Shown one piece after another: positions 12,343 through 26,798 of a stretch of DNA of 37,511 nucleotides. The notes beneath the pieces were generated by a model. It saw only the letters and a list, made by a program, of their open reading frames with translations. It was not told the origin of the DNA and made no database searches. The translations under genes were made by a program, and so were the position numbers. Every line of letters starts with the position of its first letter. Position 1 is the stretch's first letter. Source of the stretch: Sphaeroforma arctica JP610 (lineage: Eukaryota); contig NW_014040098.1 in assembly GCF_001186125.1 (NCBI RefSeq), positions 1 to 37,511 of the forward strand, written 5' to 3'.

Positions 12343-13181
12343 NNNNNNNNNNNNNNNNNNNNNNNNNNNNNNNNNNNNNNNNNNNNNNNNNNNNNNNNNN
12401 NNNNNNNNNNNNNNNNNNNNNNNNNNNNNNNNNNNNNNNNNNNNNNNNNNNNNNNNNNNNNNNNNNNNNNNNNNNNNNNNNNNNNNNNNNNNNNNNNNNN
12501 NNNNNNNNNNNNNNNNNNNNNNNNNNNNNNNNNNNNNNNNNNNNNNNNNNNNNNNNNNNNNNNNNNNNNNNNNNNNNNNNNNNNNNNNNNNNNNNNNNNN
12601 NNNNNNNNNNNNNNNNNNNNNNNNNNNNNNNNNNNNNNNNNNNNNNNNNNNNNNNNNNNNNNNNNNNNNNNNNNNNNNNNNNNNNNNNNNNNNNNNNNNN
12701 NNNNNNNNNNNNNNNNNNNNNNNNNNNNNNNNNNNNNNNNNNNNNNNNNNNNNNNNNNNNNNNNNNNNNNNNNNNNNNNNNNNNNNNNNNNNNNNNNNNN
12801 NNNNNNNNNNNNNNNNNNNNNNNNNNNNNNNNNNNNNNNNNNNNNNNNNNNNNNNNNNNNNNNNNNNNNNNNNNNNNNNNNNNNNNNNNNNNNNNNNNNN
12901 NNNNNNNNNNNNNNNNNNNNNNNNNNNNNNNNNNNNNNNNNNNNNNNNNNNNNNNNNNNNNNNNNNNNNNNNNNNNNNNNNNNNNNNNNNNNNNNNNNNN
13001 NNNNNNNNNNNNNNNNNNNNNNNNNNNNNNNNNNNNNNNNNNNNNNNNNNNNNNNNNNNNNNNNNNNNNNNNNNNNNNNNNNNNNNNNNNNNNNNNNNNN
13101 NNNNNNNNNNNNNNNNNNNNNNNNNNNNNNNNNNNNNNNNNNNNNNNNNNNNNNNNNNNNNNNNNNNNNNNNNNNNNNNNN
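12343..13181. other. Assembly gap (839 N)
   Basis: Run of N; ORFs spanning it are artefacts. Confidence 1.
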
Positions 13182-15326
13182 ACAAGGGACACGTCTCATG
13201 ACGCCCAAGCCCATTCTTTTGACGAACTCAGAAAGGAAAGTCCCCAATTATAAGGGCGTCCCCAATTATAGGGGACAAGGACAAATCTCAGAAGGAACCT
13301 ATTATGGAACCAGAAGAGGAGGCAAGCTCAAGTGGCAAACCTGACTTTACGTCCGAGACTACTAAGCCAACGCACATAAAATTACTGAAAACACTGATCT
13401 TAAGAATCAGTTAGCTACCATTATGAAAGACTTGACTGTCGAACATCTAGATCAATTATATAGATCAGGAAAATATACACAGCACTTACGCGAGCATGTT
13501 TCCCCGGGCATTACTAAAGCCCTACAGAAGTGGACAGAACGTCGACAGGCAATTACGCCCGAAGAACGTAAAGACTCATGCGCTACACCTGTGGCATATG
13601 AGCCAGATGTGCTTAGCGTATCTATACCTTACGAGGCACTACCGCCAGAAATTCATGATAGTTACTCGCCTGTTCTGACACCCGGCCGTGAGTCACCCGT
13701 CCTCGAGGGTATTATAGACTCAGAGGCAGGTAGAAATACTCCACCACTTTTACCCAATTGGGGATGACAATCGTCGGAAACCAGTTAAGACTAGGTATGT
13801 TATCCAGACGCATGAATCACCCAAGATTACAATACAAACCACTATCCGAGGAACAGAGCACCGAAAGGCCTCGACCATGGATTTTACCAGGGGTAATAAA
13901 CACCCCCGTAGAGGCAGGTAGAAATACTCCGCCACTTTTACCCAATTGGGGATGACAATCGTCGGAAACCAGTTAAGACTAGGTATGTTATCCAGACGCA
14001 TGAATCACCCAAGATTACAATACAAACCACTATCCGAGGAACAGAGCACCGAAAGGCCTCGACCATGGATTTTACCAGGGGTAATAAACACCCCCGTAGA
14101 CGTGTTAACGAAGTTAAATTTAATCGCTTCGATCGCACAGCACTACATCAACCCGCAGAGGATTTTCACTCTGGCGAGGTGACCGAACTTAACAAATCGG
14201 TCGACGATTATACCAGTAAAATGGAAATCGCCCACGATGCGCATTATGCTGATGATGTAACATACTTTGCGAATATGATTGCGATTAAGCAAAAGCGCAT
14301 TGATCAGTTACTTCAGGCCCAACGTGGACAAGACCACATGGACAACCAGAAGTACAAAGGGCAAATCAGTCGACTTGGGTCGAACTAGGATGCCAACAGT
14401 AAGCAGGTCGAGTTTATAAACAACTATGACCTCGACACGCTAACCCGTACGCTTAATGCGTTTACGGTTCTGCTGGAGCGAACGATATCGCTCCCCAGCA
14501 ATGGATCTCTGCTTTAATGCAGACGTTTGACCCTACAGATACAAGTTATTTGATCCTGCAGCGACACCAGTATGAGCTAGATACTTGTCGTGACTGGCCA
14601 GCTGTGTGTTGGTTGGTTACATCCTTGTTAAGTAAGGACATGCGTAGCCCTGGACTGAGTTCAATTTTAACTGATCCAGTTGAGAACACGCCCATTCAGA
14701 GTTATATTCTGAAGCTAGATGCTGACCTGAAACGTCCAGATATAACAAAGGACAAGGCACAGCGATGGTACGAGTTCCTGGTTATGCACGTGTTCTGTAA
14801 GAACATAGGGAATAACGACCGTGAGAGCCTGTACACCGAGTTGCGACGTAAACACGCGACTGAGGCTCGAGAAAAGGGACATGAAACAAATTTTCATCGA
14901 TCCCGACTTACGTGGGAACAGTTTTATGATACTGTATCCACCCTTTTCCCCTCACATCGAGTAACATTGAAGGGAAAAGCGGCTGTTAAGTAGCCGCGGG
15001 AGCACACCGATCACGGGTACGTATCCAGGCAGACCTCAAACGAGGGACTCCAACATACAAGTGCTCGCGACTCCACTCTATCCACGCGACCCAATAAATG
15101 GGCACGCGTGGGAGCGAAGGACATGGAACCTCCATTTAAGGAGATTAAGAAATGTGCCGACGCACAGTGTGGAAATGACATGTACCAATTAACCCCTAAC
15201 GGTTTTTGGAATGGCAGACATGTATCCACCTGTACACACTTTCTTATTAAGTGCGACAAGTGTGAGAAGACCAATGGCTATCACACTAAGTCTTGTGACA
15301 AAAAGCCCAACATTAAGTTGGAGTGA
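13182..15326 (+). pseudogene. Family B gag with C-terminal Cys/His knuckles
   Basis: Fragmented ORFs ending CADAQCGNDM...WNGRHVSTC...CDKCEKTNGYHTKSC...KLE-TGA. Confidence 0.8.
13722..14097 (+). repeat. Near-perfect 188-bp tandem duplication in B2 gag
   Basis: Units 13722-13909 and 13910-14097 with AGA microhomology at the junction; single copy in B3 (~36158-36345). Confidence 0.93.
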
Positions 15327-16800
15327 AGGTACTACCAGGTACAATCGTTACACAGACAATACAACGACTCTTTAGATGAGCGTGTAATAATCCCTGTATA
15401 CTGCAATGGAAATAAAATCCTTGCGTTGATTGATCCTGGTTCAGAAATTTCATGTATATCCGATCGCTTTGCATTAATGAAAGATATCGAAAGGAGAACA
15501 CAAACAACTCACCTCATGTTAGCTGATGATAAAACTGCTAAGTGTGATACCATGGCCACAGATGTTAAAATCTCCCTGGCCGATGATAGAAATATCACTA
15601 CCCAAGCTGTGATAGTTAAGATGTCACAGAAGTACGACATTATAGTCGGAGTGAGTGATTTACTCACTCTAGGTATAACCGTAACTGGTCTACCATATAA
15701 CATAGATCCATTAAAGGATCAATCAGACGATAACTGCCTGAATCCATATAAGCCACCGTCAGATACAGTCAAGGCATTAATACCTGACTTTGCGAACAAA
15801 ATCATGGATCTGATTCTAGTTAATAAGAAGACAAAGATCACAGATTGGGCAAAATTCCGCTTTAACGACGGATATGTCAGCCTTGACTTAACCAAGGTAG
15901 ACTCTACACAGTTAAAGTGTCCCTTAAAGAACTATGTATCCTGGAGACACGAGGCTGTGGTAAAAGAACAAGTTGAGAAATTGCTAACAGATGGAGTGAT
16001 AGAAATTAACTATCAACAGACACCAGTTAACTTGGCGCTGCTAACCGTAGACCAACATAACTCTGACGGATCGTTTAAGAAAGTCAGAGTATGTTTAGAT
16101 ATGAGTCCAATAAATAAATTATTGCCGACTCATAGCTTTCACTTACCTCGTATTAACGAGCTACTGCGAAGGATGGAAGGTGCCACAGTATTTACAACTG
16201 TAGACCTTACACAAGGATACCATCAAATGCAGGTATATGAACCACACCGTAAATACTTTAGCTTTACGTGGAAAGGTAAACAATACCGGTTCAGAGGTGC
16301 ACCTTTCGGGTTACACTCTTTACCAGCATTCTTCCAACAAGTAATGGAAGAAATTTTTGCAGACATGCCTAACGTGCAAGTCTATATAGATGACATAGTC
16401 ATCTTTTCTAAGACTAAGAGCGAACACGCCGCATTAGTCAGACGAGTCCTTAAGAGATTCAACGAGCAAAACTTCAAGATTAACGAGAAGAAATGTCACT
16501 TCGCAATGAGCGAAATACCGCTCTTAGGCTACCATATATCTGGGGAAGGTATTAAAATTGACACCGGTAAGGTAGCACACCTGTTAGATTGGCGAACACC
16601 AACTACAGGAAGAGATGTTAACAGCATGTGTGGGTTTGTAAACTTCTTTTCAGATGGAGTACCACATTTAGCTGACTACCTTAAACCTTTTGAACACTTA
16701 AGATGTCATAAAGGCAAACTAGGAGACTTGTAGACTAAAGAGTGTGATGACGCATTTAAAGCGCTCAAGAACGCAGTCCAACAAGCTCCTATTGTACAAG
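15327..16800 (+). pseudogene. Family B protease + reverse transcriptase
   Basis: ILALIDPGSEISCIS, DIIVGVSDL, KKVRVCLDMSPINK, FTTVDLTQGYHQ, APFGL, VYIDDIVIFS, KCHFA, LLGYHIS; TAG at 16731 at an expected Trp. Confidence 0.96.
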
Positions 16801-16814
16801 GACCAGTCGATGGC

Positions 16815-17180
16815 GTGCCTTTTGAAATAGCAACGGACATATCAAACTTAGCACGCGGAGGTGTACTATACCAGGTTATAGATAATAAACCTAGGTATAT
16901 ACAATTCTTTAGCCGAGCAATGAATGCATCACAGTTGAATTATCCAACTGTGCAGCAAGAGCTACTAGCCATAGTAGCAGCTTTAACACACTTCCGCGGT
17001 TACTTAAACGGAACAGCTTTTACGCTGATGTGTAATCAGAAATCTCTTCAATATATGAAAGGGATGAACTCCGACTCACAATTACTGAGTCGCTGGCACG
17101 ATACAATATCAAAGTTTCATTTTGATATAAAACATCTACCAGGGATACATAACCATTTACCGGATATATTATCACGCTTC
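16815..17180 (+). pseudogene. Family B RNase H
   Basis: FEIATDIS...GGVLYQ...NYPTVQQELLAIVAALTHFRGYL...HLPGIHNHLPDILSR. Confidence 0.93.
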
Positions 17181-17219
17181 GTACTGGACTTTAATAAATA
17201 CGTACGTGAGTTACTAGCC

Positions 17220-17630
17220 ACTGACTGGAAATGTAACCCCAGGTGGTTTGAACTGGCTCAAAAGATATTTGGGCCACATACAATTGATATGTTTGCTGCA
17301 CATCATAATGCACAACTAAAGAATTACAGGACTTTAAATCATCCTTTGGGAGATGCCTTTCAACTAGACCTCTCCAAACATAATGCGTGGGCTAATACAC
17401 CATGGCAGTTAATTGTCCAATCATTAAATTATGTTCATATACACAAAGCTACAATCCCGTTGTGTTGCCCATTACGGAGTAAAGATCCATGGCTCAATAA
17501 ATTGATAAGCATGATACAATGCGAGCCAATACATTTAGATAGGGAAGTAGATACTTTCCAATATCAGGGTACCCGAGCCGTCCAGAAGACACCCTGGAGA
17601 CATACTATAATATGTCGTATAGGTCCCATT
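17220..17630 (+). pseudogene. Family B Dam/DIRS-like N6-adenine methyltransferase domain, in frame with RNase H
   Basis: TDWKCNPRWFELAQKIFGPHTIDMFAAHHNAQLKNY...GDAFQLDL...WANTPW (17394-17405)...KATIPLCCP...KTPWRHTIICRIGP. Confidence 0.85.
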
Positions 17631-18079
17631 GGAACAACCAAATGGACCCCTTCTGAGACCTTCCTTAACAAGGTCAAAGAATCATAGATTCCACTCTCTA
17701 CTAGATTGAACGTTAAGCAGTTCAATGGCAACACAGCACTTGAAGTCTGTGCACAAGAAATACACTCTACTAATGACATTACAGTTAAGAAGCGTCAGTC
17801 TCTAGCCAGGACTCTGTTTAATAACATAAAGTCCAAGCCCGAAGTCTTTCAAACCCTAGTTTTAAAGGGATTAATGAAAGATAATCCCGAAGTATATACA
17901 CATTTAATCCGACTACTGAATAAGTCAGGTGTATCTAACGCACATGAGCGCACTTATGACACTCATGCGAAAGCAGAACATGAGTCTGGAAACACAGAGA
18001 CCACGCAAGTGGATTCTCAACACCCTACCTTTATTCTGGAGGAGCAGAATGATAAAAAAAATATTGCTTGGCTGACGCA

Positions 18080-18800
18080 AAACCATAAGTTGAAGCACCA
18101 GAACGTAGTAGACGCACTTAAAGATGCTAAGCGAAATGGCATCGCGCACAGCTGGCAACTTTAGTTGACAGAGTATATCAGTCATGTACAGACTGTGATC
18201 TCAACCAGATTAAGCGCTATGGGTTCGCACCGCTTAAGAGTGTGACTGAAGATGTTCCATGGCGCAGGGTCATCATTGATCTGGTTGACCTGCCCACGTC
18301 CGAGCACACAGGCGACCGTTACGTATGCCACTTCTTTGATGTGGCGTCAGGGTATAACTTGCTCTATCCTTTAAAGTACAAGAGTACGCAGACCATGGCA
18401 GAATTATGTTGCCAAGTCTTTGCTGACCACGGGTGGCCGGGTATTATGTGCACTGATAACGGTAGTGAGTTCTGCGATGACGTTATGAAATCGCTAGTAC
18501 CCGTATCAAGGATGTGCCATAAAAGGGGTGTACCATATAAACCGCAAACACAAGGCGCGAATGAAACGCGCCATAGAAGACTTAAGTTCTTCTTGCGTAC
18601 TGCATTAACGGATGATGCAGATGATTGGCCGTACCACCTTAAGTGGGTACAAACACAGATGAACGAGTGTGCTGATCCGGTTACAGGTACAACACCCGCT
18701 CACTATTTTCGTGGATCCCCTTTAACAAGGACGAACCTAATCACCATGAGTTACTATGATTAGAGAAGGTACAACGTATTTATAACGTTGTATATCCTTG
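18080..18800 (+). pseudogene. Family B DDE integrase
   Basis: HKLKH (HH), PWRRVIIDLVD, FFDVASGY, TDNGSEF...PYKPQTQGANE with exactly 35 residues between D and E. Confidence 0.93.
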
Positions 18801-19277
18801 CTTGCAAGAAATACGCAATATTGGTTTAAAAAAAGTTATATAACTAAGGGTTGTATTGAATCCACCGTCGAGCAAAAAAAACCCCCCGCCCTCTGAACAC
18901 GCCCTCTAGAGTTTGTTGGAGTTTACTTGGAAAGCGTGATGTGATCCATCATCCAACTAGAGGGCACTTCCCGCGTGCACAATATTTATTTTATACACAG
19001 GCCAGAGGGCGTAGCACAAAGTATTCATTTAGCCATAGACTTCTGAATTGAAACAAGCCAAGTATCTTCGGCCCATATCGTATCAATTGTATGTTTTTGG
19101 TACCGGGATTTTAAAAGCTTTTTAGGCGCCATTTTTATTTTGAAAACACACGTCGATAAAATGTACAGTCAGAAACTACCTAATTGTCAAGGAAATGCAA
19201 ATAAACACACTTTATGTTCACAGATAAGCGGCTTTGAATCATTTAGTAGTGTAGACAGTAGAACTAGTGCAATCAAT

Positions 19278-19726
19278 ATGGTGCTCTGTGCAGTTGCTTT
19301 ATATTACAATTGTTAGGATGAAGTTATCTCTGGAAAGACTATTGGGGGGTTTCGAATCCCCAAGCACAAAGACTATCCAAAGATGATTACGGGGATAAAT
19401 TTATTGTAGCCAAGCGTAAGGCTGACGTTAATAACTTACAACGAGTCAAGTCCATTGAGGCATGCCAGCGAAAATTCGAACCCCCGGATGGCCTCTCGGC
19501 AACAGAGGTTGAGAGAGACTTTTGGGAACGTGAGCACCGTGTATGCAGTGTCCACTTCCACCCGACCGTATTGATCAGAGATGGAGATCAAGTAAAACCT
19601 GTAGTCGGAGCTTGCCCCACTATGTATCTTAGAAGGTTGAGTCCTAACATTTCGCCCGTAGTAGAAGAAAAAAACGCGTGTACGCCTATTGATATCGCCA
19701 GACGAAGTGTTCAAGTTGAACACTGA
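19278..19726 (+). pseudogene. Degenerate THAP (C2CH) zinc-finger ORF, likely a DNA-transposase remnant
   Basis: Manual translation: MVLCAVALYYNC*...GFRIPK / frameshift ~19380 / ...QRVKSIEACQRK...HRVCSVHFHP...KPVVGACPTMYL. Matches the THAP pattern MxxCxVxxC...FP...W...CSxHF...AVPT with the second C and the W mutated. Confidence 0.7.
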
Positions 19727-20089
19727 TCTAGTCAGCCCCATCAACTATTAAATCGTTTGTTGACTTTGATGAGAAAGCATTCCGAGCTCGTAAGAGAGCG
19801 ATGCAGAACGATGAACTTTGTTTCGATCGATTATGATTATTGATTTAGCCTTGTTATTTTTATTTTTTAAATGACATTTATGTCTATGTATATTTTTTTC
19901 ATTTAAAAACCCCCACCAAAAAACCAAAAATCATGTGGTGGCAACTAATAATTAATTGGTTTACATCTTGGCGGCGGAATAGATAAATTTGTTACTAGCT
20001 CTATATGTAGTGGTACCTACCCAAATTAAGGCATCGGTTTTTATTTCTGGACCTCATGATTGAGAGTTGAGACTCCATGCTGGCCCAAT

Positions 20090-20230
20090 AGCGGCACTGC
20101 CGGCACAACTTGGGCGGCTGAGGCCTGAGCCCGTGCCCCGTACGGCGTAGGCCGTAGGCCGTAGGCCCGTGCCCCGCAGCGCCAAGGGCCCAAGCGCCAC
20201 AGCACAGCACTGTTGTAGCCTCGACTCTCG
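20090..20230 (+). promoter_or_regulatory. GC-rich putative promoter of the adenylosuccinate synthetase gene
   Basis: GC island with repeated GGCC(C)/GTAGGCC/CCGTGCCCCG about 200-340 bp upstream of the ATG; assigned by position only. Confidence 0.35.
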
Positions 20231-20430
20231 AGTCTTTCTGAACCCGCTACGATTCTGCCGACATGCGACAGGCCGACAGCCCGAGATTACAGCACAAATA
20301 TTTCCACACTCTTGAGTTGAAAGTAGTTTGATATAATTAGTAATATAATAGAGAATATACGTTCGGATTTCTACCGAGTGTATGTATATGCAAATATACC
20401 TGGCGTATATACATATACACGTTTGTAATC

Positions 20431-23606
<3,176 letters not shown>

Positions 23607-24295
23607 TTTTCGGCATTCCTGACATAATAAATTAGACAGACGTTGGTAGCCAATATGCTTCTACTTTTAAGCAAACACGGCTCTTCGAGCTCAACTAACC
23701 CTAATTTAATAACATAAATAAAGAGTGGGTAGTGGACGAAATGGCGTGGCTGACTCATTACCATCTGACTGAAATCATCCTCGCGTATCTATGCGTTCGA
23801 GAATCGCCATAATAGTGAATCTCATTAGTTTAACGTAGTTCCATTCAGAGTACAAGTGCATCATAACTAGCACATTAATTTGTACCTTGGCGAGGTGGAC
23901 GAAATCGATGTTTCAGTTGTGCACATAGTAGTATATAGTATAGACTAGACACATCCGATTAGCATATTTCAATTCGACACAGTCTCTCGTCAGTGCTCTA
24001 CCGGCAAGTGCGGGAAACATTGGTATGTTACTCTGCACAAAATGTATCAAAAATATTCAATCCAAAACAATCCTTGTAATCACACACGCGTGGCGGTGTC
24101 GCATTGATCCGTATGTCAATAATGATGCACGTGTATGTCTCAACGACAGCAACCAGGAAACCTAGATATTTACACAAAAGTATGCCCTCTACCAACCAAA
24201 AACAACCAGTATATCGGATGGATTGTAATATCGCCAAAATGATGCGCTGAGCTATTCACAGCCAGCAGTATTTATTGCAAACGAGTCAACTTGAT

Positions 24296-24401
24296 AAAAC
24301 CTATTTTGAGTTTTAAAACTATGCTTTGAAACAAAGATGAAACTGAAGAAAACCTATTTTGAGTTTTAAAACTATGCTTTGAAACAAAGATGAAACTGAA
24401 G
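24296..24401. repeat. Perfect 53-bp tandem duplication
   Basis: AAAACCTATTTTGAG...GAAACTGAAG at 24296-24348 and 24349-24401. Confidence 0.95.
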
Positions 24402-25183
24402 TGTTCAAATTTGGTGTAGGTGTCAATTAGGATTCACCCGGCATCTGTCCGAGTTGTGGAGCTAGCAAACTCTTAAATACTTCTCAAAAGTACTACATTC
24501 GTTTGACGGATTCAAAAAGCAACTGTATCCAAACTAAAACTGAATTTGAGGCCTATCACGGGCACATGGGTATCATATAACGCTTTACAGCATATTATTG
24601 CTAGAAACCGCCATACTAATGCTTTGATCGACTACACTCACATCAGGTGTCCAGTACAAGCACACTGAGCCCTTTTGACTGAGAATATGGTCCTCATCGC
24701 AGGAAAGTGTCGGGGGATCTACGATAGCGCAAATATAGTCCATTTACGTCGGCTCCCTCTAAACTGTCCACACAAAGCATATGGAACAAAGCAAACACTA
24801 TGAATTACACTAAGGAGGCGGCACATCTCATACAGCACTCCATCTCCTAACCGATGGCGTGGTTGTTCAGCTGCATGTGTACGACCTACTAAAAGTCACA
24901 TGAATTTGAGCGCCAAATCATGTTGCTGATCCAGCAATCGGCCTACAGAGACCCCGCTACACTCTGTGCTATGGGTTAAGCATGCCTGGCAACCCGTAAA
25001 CCCCCTTCCCACGCAATGTGTCAAACACGCCCAACGACGGGCTCGAACGGTTTGCACAGAGTTCTTTAGGTAGACAGTTTCGAAGTTTCGAGAACAGTCT
25101 ACAGTGAAATGAGCGTGTCAAACAGTGTATCGACGAGGACAAGCAATTCGCGGTGACAATCGACTCGAGTTTCAGAGTCCAAC

Positions 25184-25704
25184 TCAGTCTCGGCAGCCAA
25201 CGAGCGTGCAACATAGTAAACCCAGACAACAACACGGATGCTCTTCACAGGTATCATAGGTCGCACAACACGCGCACAGGAAACCAAAACAGAACCATTT
25301 ACAGAAGCCTTGTCGCACGGGCTGGTCCTGTTTCGCCTGCGCCATGGCGGTGTGTACATCCACGTCTTGCTCTCCACACACAGCCCCATGTGTGCCATAG
25401 GTAGGGCGTGTGTGGTCGTACTCTGCCAAGCTAGATTGTGGCCGTGAGGCGCTGTATCCTTCACCGTGCTTGTACGAGGTCTGCGACATGAGTGGCTGTG
25501 CCTCTGGTTGCCGGGAATGTAAGGTGGGTGTAGACGAATACATATTCTGGTATTGCTGGGTAGGAGGTGCTACTGAGTCATACCCGGGTGGGCAATAATC
25601 AGGAAGCGGCGGAGCATGTGGTCCATCGGTCTGTGGCGACGGATACGACTGCAAAAAGTGAAAGCACAAAGGAAGGCGTTAGTATTGAGCCAACTCACTT
25701 TCAT
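25184..25704 (-). CDS. Pro/Gln/Tyr-rich protein with Cys-rich hydrophobic C-tail (CYSTM-like architecture), ~156 aa; exons 25704-25699 and 25648-25184
   Basis: ATG AAA, then a 50-nt intron GTGAGT...TACTAAC...TTTTTGCAG, then SYPSPQ...GFCKWFCFGFLCACCATYDTCEEHPCCCLGLLCCTLVGCRD*. Upstream coding exons cannot be excluded. Confidence 0.7.
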
Positions 25705-25879
25705 TCGAGAAAAATCTTTTAAAAGAAATCTGTCATGACTAGCAGGTATTTGATATAGGTTGGTTCCGACGTGTAGGCGACACAGCCCACTAAAATACAA
25801 ATACTCATACTAATGATTGATACAAACGAGCATTCAGACCGATTCGATAAACAAAGAAGTGATTGAAAAGCTAACGAGC

Positions 25880-25984
25880 ATATATATATATATATATATA
25901 TATACGTACATACATACATATATATATATATATGTATAATCCAAATCGTTCTATATACAATACATGCATACATGCATACATACA

Positions 25985-26024
<40 letters not shown>

Positions 26025-26117
26025 TATATGTATACATATACATATATATATATAGAAATATATATATAAATAGAATATAAATATAAATATAAATATAAAT
26101 ATAAATATAAATATATA
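25880..26117. repeat. (AT)n, (ATAC)n and (ATATAA)n microsatellites
   Basis: Direct reading. Confidence 0.9.
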
Positions 26118-26639
26118 CTGTAATCGGTGTGTGACATGTGTGACTCTGAGTCCATGTGATGCATAACACTTGTGTCCACGTGACGTATGACATCGAGTCA
26201 TACGTGACGTGTGACGCTGAGTTTGTGTGACGTGTGATGCTTAGTCCGCTAGTGGACATGTGTGTATGATGGTGGTTTGGAATGTGCATATTATACATAG
26301 AACTTGGTGAAATGTTGTAAACAAAGACTTACTTAATGTAAGCCAGTAGTATGCGCACATAAAGCTAAGTCTCTGTGATTGGATATGAGTTTGTAAGTAA
26401 TTTAAAATTTAGGCTTAAAACTGTAAAGTAGTGTAAAATATATAGGTGATGGCGACAGTAACCAGAAGGCAACGGTCGCCATCAGTATAGCCAGCAGTTA
26501 GTGTTCATATGCGTGAGCGCTGTCGTATATAACTAGATATCATGAAGTGACCAGTCTTCATAGCTTCTAGGAGCTAATACACTACTTTAATACTCAGTAA
26601 AGGTTACATATATTCCAGTTTTGCACTTAGAATGTACTC

Positions 26640-26642
<3 letters not shown>

Positions 26643-26723
<81 letters not shown>

Positions 26724-26744
26724 TATATATATGTAGTGTGTATG

Positions 26745-26796
<52 letters not shown>
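26643..26796. repeat. (AT)n microsatellite
   Basis: Direct reading. Confidence 0.95.

Positions 26797-26798
<2 letters not shown>

Larger units (their letters stand above)
13182..18815 (+). mobile_element. Gypsy family B, copy B2: gag-PR-RT-RNase H-MTase-linker-IN; 5' end in the gap, 3' truncated with no LTR
   Basis: LIDPGS protease, RT VYIDDIV, RNase H, FGPHTIDMFA/NTPW MTase, D,D(35)E integrase. Gag is homologous to 35628-36432, which links it to the LTR family. Confidence 0.96.

Noticed and set aside
12039..13344. Long ORFs of 311-404 aa
   Set aside because: Artefacts of the N gap and the (CA)n repeat.
19436..19744. 102-aa minus-strand ORF
   Set aside because: Antisense shadow of the plus-strand THAP remnant.
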